Shown: piece by piece, positions 54,447 through 64,000 of the stretch
Layout: every line of letters begins with the position of its first letter
Position numbering within the stretch: the first letter of the stretch is position 1
Assembly: GCF_006345805.1 (NCBI RefSeq)
Contig: NC_042997.1
Coordinates: 202,988,001 to 203,052,000 of the forward strand
Length of the DNA stretch: 64,000 nucleotides
DNA from: Octopus sinensis
Lineage: Eukaryota
Reading direction: 5' to 3'
Notes under the pieces: generated by a model
What the model saw: only the letters and a program-made list of their open reading frames with translations
Told to the model about the DNA's origin: nothing
Databases searched by the model: none
Position numbers and translations under genes: made by a program

Positions 54447-55068
54447 TTAATAATGACATATTTTACTAAATTGTTTAGTCTAAAAGCTGATTGAAATAAT
54501 TTAGTCTAATTTACAGAAAGATGGTAACAAAAGTGACAAAATGCAGATAACTTTTAATTCCATTCATGATAAACAAAAACTGTACAAGTTAATGTTTTTG
54601 CTGGTCAATAAATCAATGTAGTTTACACTGATCATTATAAATTGTACAGATGATATGAGGCTTCAATTTCAGCATAAAAATATCTCATTTGATAATATCC
54701 AACACAGAAAAGAAAAATGTTGCAAATGGAGTGAATGTTATTCATAACATTCATTCCATTTGCCATAATGTTCTGCAAGTTGACTGATGAATCAATGTAT
54801 ACGTTTGTGTGTTTCAGTACACACACACTTTTGTCATGCATCTTTACAACATAGACAGAAAAGTGTAGATATTGATACAAAAGTTCAACATCTTTGGTAA
54901 AACAGTCCGTGATGAAAACACCAGGTATCTTAGATACTGGCAAAAGTCTGGTGAGCTTGTAGTAGTTCTTGATTAAGTTTGGTCACAACTTTGTTAGCAA
55001 GTCGGTTACTGTTCTGTCTGGTAGTATTTGGGTTCCCAGTAAAAGCATTGGAATTGATGAAGATGACT

Positions 55069-55227
55069 TCATCGCTGGTCTGCTGTGGCTGTTGAAAATA
55101 CCATTGTTACAATGACTACCAGATACATTACTACAACCAGTGGCACCTTTGGGACATGGATTGGTACACTGCAGCCTGGTGCTATGTCTTTGAGTTGAGA
55201 CAACTGGCTTAGCTGAGAGTTTAACAA
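55069..55227 (-). CDS. Candidate alternative terminal exon of alpha-catulin with hydrophobic tail (LLNSQLSQLSQLKDIAPGCSVPIHVPKVPLVVVMYLVVIVTMVFSTATADQR*)
   Basis: Phase-0 ttcAG acceptor, with two further in-frame CAGs. 52-aa frame followed by repeat-free UTR-like sequence and ATTAAA at 54553-54558. Polypyrimidine tract is weak. Confidence 0.35.
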   Translation of the reverse strand: MLNSQLSQLSQLKDIAPGCSVPIHVPKVPLVVVMYLVVIVTMVFSTATADQR

Positions 55228-55415
55228 CTGAATTTATTAAGAAGTGGGAGCACTAAATAATGGTAAGTGAAACTGCAATGTTATTATCAGTGCAAATATG
55301 CATTCAAACTGGGGGACAAGCTACTCACTGAGTTTTGTCATGGAGAATATATCTCGCTTCTTGACAAATGGTACGTGTATACACCTACATCAGTTCACAG
55401 CACCATCTGCCTAGA

Positions 55416-55461
55416 CTGAGATGCTAGCATTTCGGAGCAGTTGTCTCCTCATCAGTTGCAG
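55416..55461 (-). ncRNA. Minimal type I hammerhead ribozyme motif (core intact, stem I damaged)
   Basis: Minus strand reads ctgcaa CTGATGA GGAG acaactg CTCC GAAA TGC ta GCA TC tcag. Confidence 0.6.
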
Positions 55462-55507
55462 ATGACACTGCGAACTGAATTAAGAGATTACTTCTTCTGC
55501 TTGGTGT

Positions 55508-55555
55508 CTGTGACCGATGAGAAGACAACTGCTCTGAAATATTAACATCTCACAG
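55508..55555 (+). ncRNA. Degenerate hammerhead motif (stem I intact, core mutated)
   Basis: CTGTGA CCGATGA gaag acaactg ctct GAAA tattaaca TC TCACAG. Confidence 0.45.
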
Positions 55556-57542
55556 TCTAGGTAGATGGTGTTGCAAGCTGATGTAGGTGTATACACACCA
55601 TTTGTCAACAAGCAAGATATATTCTCCATGACAAAATGCAGTGAATAGCTTGTTCCCCAGATTGAATGTGCATCAAATGTATTTGGGTTGATAACAACAT
55701 TGCAACTTGATTTGTCAAGTATCCCCCCCTCCCTATGAGAGCTCTTCTGAACAGCAATTCAAACCTGCTTTATTTGTCTAAGTCACCAGTTGATTAGAAA
55801 AGTGATGATAAGGACCAGTTGTCAATGAAATATGAATATTAACCAATTAATTTGTAATATTATGATGTAGGAATATTGTGTTTGGTTGGATGAATGATTA
55901 CAAAGTGTCTCTATATTGGCTCAGAATGACAATTTGATGATGTTTGTGTGATGGGAATGTTCTGATGGAGGGTCGACATGAAGGCTTTTGAAAAATATTT
56001 CAGTATATTTCATCTCAGAACAGTAAAAAGGATTTTCTTTAAAAAAATTAAGTTTCTCTTTACGTCCACTTTTCCATTCTTGCATAGGTTGAACAGAGTT
56101 TATTGATTAAGATTTTTGTATTGCTAGATGCTCTTTCTGTCATCAACCCTCACCTGTTTCTAAGCAAGGTAAATATTTCCCAATGGCCACACATGTTTCT
56201 GCAGAATACTGGAAAGGCATGACATTGCTTTGTATGACAGTGACAATCATTTGCAACTATCAGTTGTAAATGACAAGAAGATACAAACACACATATACAT
56301 AGACACAACAGGCTTCTTCCAGTCTTTGTCTACCAAACCCATTCACAAAGCTTTGGTTAACCATTCACAAGTCTTTGGTCACTTAGTGGAACTCAATCCA
56401 AAACGATTTGGCTCGCTTCTTTACATCACAACCTACAGTAGATTCTTTTGATAAATACAAATTTTACCATTCGGTTACTCCACAGCATATTTTATTTGTT
56501 GTTTAACGCTGTCAGTCCTGCTTAAATATTAAGCTTTTTCAGCCTTGTCACTCCATCTGCTTCCAGCTCAGCATATGCAAACTTATATTGTAGGCATACA
56601 ACTTTGTCAAATTTACTTACTAAAAAAAGTAGTCAGTCTGTTTATATACATATAAAATCTATTAACTCCAGAGAATAGGAGCTACTAATTTGCATGCTGT
56701 AAGGATTTAACAGTTTTACTTAAAATCAAAAGCCTGTCAACAGGGAATTCTTTCTGTTTTAAGACAGTTGGATGATAAGAAGAAGGGCATTTTGCTCCTA
56801 TTTCTAACACCTGAACCATCACCTACACCTCCCCTCGTTAGCTTGTATTTCAGTTACATGAAGCATGAACCAGCTATTTGCTGCTTTAGACTTTCCAACT
56901 TCCTGAAAGATCAAATTTAAGGTTCTGATCCTGTTTCAGTGCTGAGCTGTGATTGGTTGAAAAACAATATTAAATTATTGCAGAAATAGTTGCATGCTCA
57001 GGTTACTTAATTGGGTTCCAGCTGCACTGAACATTAAATCCCTGGCTGTTTTACAAACGTGTCATCCTAGAATGCACAACAAACCCTCATCCCTACCCAA
57101 AAGTTCTACTTTATATTGTTTCAATGTTTTTCTCTTGTTTTAATATTTTTCATTTATAAAATTAAATACTTAACGAAGATTTGTTCATTTAGTGATGGAG
57201 TGTGAACATTATTTTTGATCTTATGTTTCTATAGCTTCATTAAAATTAATTATGTCAGCATCTTTAATTGATTTAACATGATAAACTGCTTGAGCTGTAA
57301 TGCTAGAATCACTACATTGAATACGTCAAGATCAATATCTTTCAGTTTGCTACCTCTCTAGCATTTAAACCGTCCATTTCCAGCCCAGATATTCTACCTG
57401 TTTTATGGTCAAATTGGCCAGATCTGGCCTCTCACACTTACTCTACAATGTCATTCTAAAAATAAACTATCACATCAACAATCTCTGAAAGAATTGAGAT
57501 AATCTGTGGTTAATTCAAAACAATGTGAATAAATAAGCATTA

Positions 57543-57793
57543 TCCTGTTGTGTCTGGGGAGAGTCATTTTCTTTTTGTGCCTTATAATGTAACACACTCA
57601 CCGGAAAAATTTCCACTTATTTCTTATTATTTTCCTAAAATTTTCGTTGTGTCTTGCAACCTTTTCAATAGTCTCGACTATTTGTGTTAAATTATAAGGC
57701 ACAAAAAGAAAATGACTTTCCCCAGACACAACAGAATATGCTTCAACACACAAACTCATGTAAAGAATCTTGCAAACCAAATCCAAAATCGAA
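57543..57793. mobile_element. Fold-back insertion (about 52-bp arms) with 12-bp TSD inside a family-2 MITE
   Basis: AAATAAGCATTA at 57531-57542 and 57794-57805; arms 57545-57596 and 57683-57734. Confidence 0.85.
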
Positions 57794-58082
57794 AAATAAG
57801 CATTACATTTGACAAAATATTCTGAATGTTAAAGGATTAATTGCTTGTCTTCATCATAACTTTAACATCTAGTTTTCCTGGCTTGCATGGAGCAAATGAA
57901 ATTCATTAAGATAAAACTCTTATGGCCAGATGTTCTTGTTGCCATCTCTCACTTCTTTCCAAGCAGGAGATAAGATAACTGGACAACTCTCTACTGATCC
58001 AATGCTGATTGTCTTCAGCAGCAAATACGTTCCCTAACTCATTGCAGACTGTCAACAAAAGCTGGTGTTTAACAATTACAAC

Positions 58083-58310
58083 TTAACCCTTTCATTACCA
58101 ACCCGGCTGAAACCGGCTCTGGCTCTGAGTACGAATGTCTTGTTTCCATAAGTTTTGAATTAATATCTTCCACCAAATGTTAGTCACAATTTATGTTCCT
58201 AACACGAGCTGAATGGTAACCAAGTTATTTTACTAAATTCTTTGTTATATTTGAAATAATTGAAAGAAACACAAAGAATCTCAAAATTTATTCAGTAATG
58301 AAAGGGTTAA
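58083..58310. mobile_element. piggyBac-type MITE, family 1 (related copies near 12190-12418, 18133-18352, 23008-23230, 43663-43850 and flanking 53380-54446)
   Basis: TTAA-CCCTTTCATTAC...GTAATGAAAGGG-TTAA; internal AAGTTATTTTACTAAATTC shared among copies. Confidence 0.85.
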
Positions 58311-59299
58311 AGAAAAACTAATGGGGTTCCCGTTGAAAGAAAAATCTCTAAAATTGTAAACACCCCAAAAAAATGTCCAAACTCCGGAGTCTGTGTACCA
58401 TTTCTCAGTTCTTGGACCAAGGTATTCCTGTCAGATTGTGTCACTGCAGCACAAATCAAAGAGATTTAAATACACACACACACACACACACACTATCAAC
58501 TTTAGTGTGGCACAACATTTCATCATGGGTCTTATTACACTCTTTATTTCTGTAAATTAATTACTTTTGCCATATTATCATCCTTCACTCCTCAATCCCC
58601 TACAGATATCTTTTACAGCTGCAACACCTCAAAACCCATCCTTCAATGGGAACAAGACAACCACATCTTCCTCAACATTACTCAGACACCCACTCACCAG
58701 ACTTAGAGTTCATTTAATTGTCTACAACCTTTGATGCTGCTAATCAACCCTACGTTGGCTCGAATCCAGCTGATCTATGTCCAAGACATTGCTGTATTCT
58801 CATACATAATATATCTAGAACTACGTTATTCAATGTATCCTTGCTTGTTTAAAAAAGTGGATTGATTAACAGGAGATTTGGCTGCTGTTTATGGCAGATT
58901 GAACAACCAGTAAGAAGCCTCCTTCCATAGTAACCACACCTATTTACATTGCCAAAAACTGTATGTCAAAATGTAAAGGTTTAAATCAGGGAGCAGCTGC
59001 CACATTATGGTGATGGATTCGTGACCAACGGCTGTGTTGGTTTCCTTAAGACATACATGACATAACTTGTCACAGTCCACCAAACTTCATTGTTGACTGG
59101 TTTCTAGCAGAAAGATTAAACAGTTGTAAACCTCCACTAACACCTCCCTCTCTCCTCCACCCGTGTGCCTTTTAGGCTCCGTCTCCCACATTCCAAGAGG
59201 ACTTGATACACAGCTTCCAAAAATATGAAAATAGTACATAGAAATGTCTGGTAATTTGTAAGAAAAGAAAATAACTTTTTTTAATGAAAATGTACTCAC

Positions 59300-59383
59300 T
59301 TTGGTTGCACAGATGAAGCTTGTTGTCACAACTTTGGCAACAGCGTTCATTAAATTCTTTGTTTCTTGAATGGCACTATCAAC
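59300..59383 (-). CDS. CTNNAL1: Alpha-catulin-like exon (VDSAIQETKNLMNAVAKVVTTSFICATK)
   Basis: IQ..KNLMNAV motif of catenin/catulin/vinculin tails; tttacAG acceptor, GTGAGT donor. Confidence 0.96.
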
Positions 59384-59551
59384 CTGTAAAGATAAGTGTT
59401 TAAACATTTTAGTGAAATAAGGAAAACATGAACTTGATTGCTGAAGACATTGGATTGAAGATAACATTTTTGCTTTTGTTAAAAAGATTCTTTAAAGTAA
59501 AATCTTGTATAAAAACAAATAACAATGGTGAAAATAAAAAAAATGACTAAC

Positions 59552-59674
59552 TTTATTAAATGTGGCTGCTTTGCCAAATGTTGGAGCTCGAAGTGTCTTT
59601 AGCAACTGTTGACAAAATACTGGAATTCGGTCAAGATGTACAACCAGTTCCTCTTTATGACCACTCGCCGGTAC
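59552..59674 (-). CDS. CTNNAL1: Alpha-catulin-like exon (VPASGHKEELVVHLDRIPVFCQQLLKTLRAPTFGKAATFNK)
   Basis: LD.IP..CQQL and GKAATF.K motifs; cacAG acceptor, GTTAGT donor; 123 nt, phase 0/0. Confidence 0.95.
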
Positions 59675-60557
59675 CTGTGATAATAATAAAGAGAGAAAAA
59701 TTAATTAAGTCCATCAGTGATTCAAAAGAAGCTACACAAGAGTAGCTTCTAAAACACTTTCCATTCCCTTCTCCTGGTTCAGGAGAACAATTTGAGGTCA
59801 GCACTGCAAACTCAAAACAACTTGTCATTTATCAGTTCTCTCAATATTTAATGAAGTAAACTGTGTCATACTATACTTATGGGCCCTTAACTCCTTAATG
59901 GAGTCAGGGAGGGGGTCACCATAGCATATGCTTTGGGTAGTTTTAGTTCTGACAGAACCCGTCCCTCTCCAGATCAAACACCAGTCAGATGAGAAGAAGG
60001 CAGATCAACCCCAGTATAGGACTGGTATTGAAAGACAAAGTAGATGTCGGAGGGATTTGATCTCAAAGTGCAGAGAGCCAAAACAACTCAAAGCATTTTA
60101 ACAATTTAATGACTGTCAATTATCCCAGAAGACTGAAGTAAATTGTACATCCATAAGGATGAACAGGGAAAAAAACGATGTTACTTGTATGACTAAGCTG
60201 TTCATTGACAAACAATCAGGTGATGTCAAGGCAACACACACGTGTGTGTGTCTGTGAAGGGCTGCTGTCAGTTTTTGTTTACCAAATCCACTCACAAGGT
60301 TTTTGCCAGTTCAGGGCTGTAGTAGAAGGTGCCATGCAATGGGGCTGAACCTCAGACCTTTTTAACTATACAGCCATGCATCTTAAAAATATATATTTTT
60401 TTTAAAAACCACTTCACCGAATTAAAAACAAAGCAAAACAGTGAACATCACAAAAGAACCAACAAAAACAATGGTGATGAGGTAAGGAAAGATTGGTTTG
60501 TTTCTAATGAATTTGCAGCCTTGTGAAGCGTCAAAGTGATACAAAACTCTTACTTAC

Positions 60558-60818
60558 TCGTTCAGCAAATTCTTTAACAGTTTTATATAATTTGTTGCCT
60601 TCATCAGCAAAATATTTCGCCTGAGTAAATAGGTCTTGTGTTGTTTTCAAGGGGCCTTCTCCTCGTGTAAATAGATACATGGAAAAAGCCATGCTCGACA
60701 TATTTTTGGCACGTTTAACAATGTCATTATCCGCTTCCTCCCATTTGTCAGTCTCAGCATCCATCTCAGATGTAATCAACTTCATTTCTAGACCAAGTTT
60801 AGCTATTTTGGCTTGTTC
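60558..60818 (-). CDS. CTNNAL1: Alpha-catulin-like exon (EQAKIAKLGLEMKLITSEMDAETDKWEEADNDIVKRAKNMSSMAFSMYLFTRGEGPLKTTQDLFTQA...FAER)
   Basis: Vinculin-family tail domain; MSSMA.S.YLFTRGEG.LKT.QDL is the catulin-type motif; tttcAG acceptor, GTAAGT donor. Confidence 0.96.
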
Positions 60819-60864
60819 CTGAAATATACAAATGACAAAAATTACTGATAAAATTTAACAATAT

Positions 60865-61400
60865 ATTGCAAAGACCAAGTTAATAGCAGGGGTGGATGCT
60901 CTGAGAGTGTAGCTGCTAGAATAAGAATAAGCTGGGCAAAGTTCAGAGAGCTCTTACCCCTGTTGGCAACAAAGGGCTTCTTGCTCAGAGTGAAAGGCAG
61001 ATTGTGTGAGTCCTGTGTGTGAGCAGCCATGCTACACGGTAGTGAAACATGGACTGTGACTGCTGAGGACATATGTAGGCTTGAAAGAAATGAAGCTAGT
61101 ATGCTTCGCTGGATGTGCAATGTCAATGTGCATGTACGACAGAGTGTAAGCATCTTGAGAGAAAAATTGGGCATAAGAGGCATCAGATGTGGTGTGCAAA
61201 AGAGACGACTGCACTGGTATGGTCATGTGATGTTTATGGATGAGGACAGCCAATGTCTAACTGTGGAGGAAACCTGTGGAAGAGGGCAACCCAAGAAGAC
61301 ATGGGATGCGGTGGTGAAGCATGATCCTTGAACGTTGGGTCTCATGGAGACAGTGGCAAAAGACCAAGACCTTTGACATTATGCCATGCTTGAGAGGAAG
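60865..61400 (+). mobile_element. RTE-clade LINE fragment (C-terminal to RT); older relics near 14250-14720, 28800-29300, 42570-42950, 61620-61850
   Basis: RIRISWAKFRELLPLL, MLHGSETW, MLRWMC, RRLHWYGHV and GRGQPKKTW are characteristic RTE motifs; an in-frame stop precedes the ORF. Confidence 0.9.
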
Positions 61401-62121
61401 ACTTATCATTTATGTATTTCGTTTTTGGAGAATGACTTCTTTCAGATGATGGGAGTCACAAATATACCCAATTCATTGACATGAAGTTGCTTTGAGACCC
61501 TGCAGGGGTTCAACTTGGTTGTGGGTCTTCAGTGAATCTACACAAGAATTTTGGCTCTAATTTATAGAAATCTACATCAAAATTTATGATTTTGATAGGC
61601 TTGATGTGTCTCCTCAAGCACAGCAAACCACCAAAGGTCTCGGTCGTATGTCATCGGCTCTGTAAGACTCAACACCTGGGCATCATACTTCACCACCTCA
61701 TACCCTGTCTTCCTTAATCTACCTCTTCCACAGATGCCCTCCATAGTCAGAGATCAACACTTCCTTACACAGCACTCCCCGTCCAAATCCATCACATGAC
61801 CATACCAGTGCAATCTTCTCTTTTTCACATCACATCTAATTCATCTTATGCCCACTCCCCTTCAGCCAAAATTTGAAACCATTATCATCATCATCATCAA
61901 TATTACCATTTATTAGGCACCAATTAAAATTCTGATAATAAATGTCATAAAAGCAGGAAGTATTTTCCAGGACCTATAATACTGGAACCCAGCTGAGAAA
62001 ACCTTTTTGGTAAACATTGAGGAGGAATAGAGTAAAGGTGAAGAACTGCCGTTTAGTGTGAATCTTTGGGGGAAAAAAATAAAACATGGAATTAATAAAT
62101 AAAAATAAAAAAGATAGTTAC

Positions 62122-62172
62122 CTCTGCATCCAGTTTCACAGGTCGTAGAGATTTGACCATTGTACCATGTTT
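62122..62172 (-). CDS. CTNNAL1: Alpha-catulin-like exon (KHGTMVKSLRPVKLDAE)
   Basis: ttttccAG acceptor, GTAACT donor, 51 nt, phase 0/0. Joins the next exon to give LDAEEQAKIA. Upstream exons were not found in the window. Confidence 0.85.
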
Positions 62173-63296
62173 CTGGAAAAGAAAACTCTATGTTTAGTAA
62201 ACAAGTCAGTTGAGGCAGAACTTCAGCTGAACAGCTTATTATGCACACATGCAGGAATGTATAATGCTTGAAAATTGGGTAGACTTTATGATCAAAAATG
62301 TTCTAAGACGACCAGGCATTATATTTAGAACTGCACTATCAGATATAACCTTCCCTTCTTAACATGGAAGGGTATAATTTGATAGAGAATTAGTTGTTCT
62401 TTTTAGCAGGAAACTTTCAATAATAAAATTTGAGCATCTTGGAGGATGCCTTAAACACTGAAGACACACTGGATAATAATAAATTTAATGCTTAATTGTT
62501 TGATAAAATTTGGTTGTTCATCAGTTTTAAAGATGTCAGCAAAACTTGCCAAAGAATGTTCCAGAAATAAGTAAACAAGTTAAATCTACTAAATAATGAG
62601 TGATACAACACCACCACCACCTTAACTAACACCCCTGATCTCTTTGGACATTTCTACATTATATAACATCACTATAGCAATGTTCTGTCCAAATAAAATA
62701 ATTCTATACTCCTCATTCAACAAAAGTAATAATGAATTTTCTGATTATAGTTTTGCTTATTCTTGAAAGAGATCTGCAACAGTAAGCTATCAATAACACT
62801 TACGAAGGGTGACTGGAAAATCTGTCCAGAATACTGATCTATTGGAATCTGTCCAGAGATGTGTAACCAGATGAACGCCCTGCCCTCACCCAATTAGCCA
62901 TTAACCACATTTTAACCACCCTGCTTCCCTGGGAACCAACACAGTAAAGATTTGGCATCTAATGGCTGACTATGTAGAAGCCCACCAGATTTCCAACAAC
63001 AACAACAACAACCATGGCCACCTTTTTGAATTCAATATCTTTATTACTTTTGAATCATCATCATCATCATCATTTAGCGTCCGCTTTCCATGCTAGCATG
63101 GGTTGGACGGTTCAACTGGGGTCTGGGAAGCCAGAAGGCTGCATCAGGCCCAGTCTGATCTGGCAGTGTTTCTACGACTAGATGCCCTTCCTAACGCCAA
63201 CCACTCCGTGAGTGTAGTGGGTGCTTTTTACGTGCCACCCGCACAGGTGCAAGACGGAGCCTGTGCGGGTGGCACGTAAAAAGCACCCACTACACT

Positions 63297-63662
63297 TATT
63301 GCTTAGAAAATTTAAAAAGGAAAAAAAAAAGCAGTGCAGCATCCAAGACTTTCAAAAGGATTTCCCATTCAGAATTGTTGAAGTATGGAATAAGCACCTA
63401 CATCCGTTGTTAACTGTCAGGACACTGAATTCTTAAAAATTCCATTCTTCTCAAACCCATCAACACTATTCCTTGCATGTCTATGGACCCTTTCCTACAC
63501 ACTGTTCACTTTTCTATCTTCTTTTTTTATTTATTCTGTGTAATATGCATGTACTTCTAGCTTCTTTTTTTTACTTAATGTATGCCTGTTTTTCACTTTT
63601 CCAACGACTTGTGATGTAGCTGAGCACTGTATAAGCTGCTCATCATCATTATTATTATTATT
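63297..63662 (+). mobile_element. CR1-type LINE 3' end (related copy at 38514-38680, -)
   Basis: F..RIVEVWNK terminal RT motif, then ...TGAGCACTGTATA...(ATT)n tail shared with the 38.5-kb copy. Confidence 0.7.
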
Positions 63663-63715
63663 AAGACTATATAGGACTGAGGTAACTCATCCAGAAGTTA
63701 TACACAAATAAATAA

Positions 63716-63878
63716 AAGAGTGCCATATCATGTGAAATTGGTTGAACGATATTTCGGCATCTAGCGTGCCTTCCATAGGATCAAAAATTACATGTCAGTC
63801 TACTTCATTTTGAACCCGTGGAAGGTACGCTAGATGCCGAAATATTGTTCAACCAATTTCACATGATATGGCACTCTT
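63716..63878. repeat. About 70-bp inverted repeat with hammerhead-like relic
   Basis: AAGAGTGCCATATCATGTGAAATTGGTTGAAC... pairs with ...GTTCAACCAATTTCACATGATATGGCACTCTT with few mismatches. Confidence 0.9.
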
Positions 63879-63908
63879 CTATTTTTTATTATTATTATTA
63901 TTATTATT

Positions 63909-64000
63909 AAGGTGGTGAGCTGGCAGAATCATTAGTACGCTCGGCAAAATGCTTAGTGGTATTTTGTTCGTCTTTACATTCTGAGTTCAAATTCCACTGA
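63909..64000 (+). mobile_element. Family-B SINE 5' part, runs off the window end
   Basis: AAGGTGGTGAGCTGGCAGAATCATTAG...GAGTTCAAATTCC. Confidence 0.85.

Larger units (their letters stand above)
55272..55706. repeat. Long imperfect inverted repeat (about 190-nt arms), Penelope-like, one hammerhead motif per arm
   Basis: Arms pair, e.g. TTTTGTCATGGAGAATATATCT/AGATATATTCTCCATGACAAAA and GTGTATACACCTACATCAG/CTGATGTAGGTGTATACAC. Confidence 0.9.

Noticed and set aside
62804-62890. Minus-strand GTAAGT donor with an open frame (GEGRAFIWLHISGQIPIDQYSGQIFQSPF) as a further alpha-catulin exon
   Set aside because: No catulin-like motif and no convincing acceptor; it contains a short internal duplication.
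154-63436. Most ORFs in the supplied six-frame track
   Set aside because: They are short frames through SINEs, microsatellites or AT-rich intron. Only those overlapping spliced exons or transposon relics carry recognisable motifs.

Overview
This is AT-rich, repeat-dense eukaryotic DNA. The SINE and RTE families resemble those I recall from octopod cephalopods (Octopus), which is an inference. Two spliced genes converge tail-to-tail. On the + strand, 14 coding exons (6529-43305) join in frame across GT-AG introns into 457 aa of a PFTAIRE-type cyclin-dependent kinase (CDK14-like). Its start exon was not found, and it has an intron in its 3'UTR. On the - strand, the last five coding exons (62172-51720, 248 aa) encode an alpha-catulin (CTNNAL1, vinculin/alpha-catenin family). 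Introns and the intergenic gap hold two tRNA-derived SINE families, RTE and CR1 LINE fragments, a deleted mariner, a deleted piggyBac nested in one of its own MITEs, and a Helitron-like fragment. Several fold-back elements carry minimal hammerhead-ribozyme motifs of the Penelope-like type. The most notable candidate is an alternative terminal exon in the last alpha-catulin intron (55227-55069) that would add a transmembrane-like tail. It lies about 45 nt from a ~430-nt hairpin containing a hammerhead core. All coordinates were read by eye: exon boundaries were frame-checked, and repeat boundaries are approximate.
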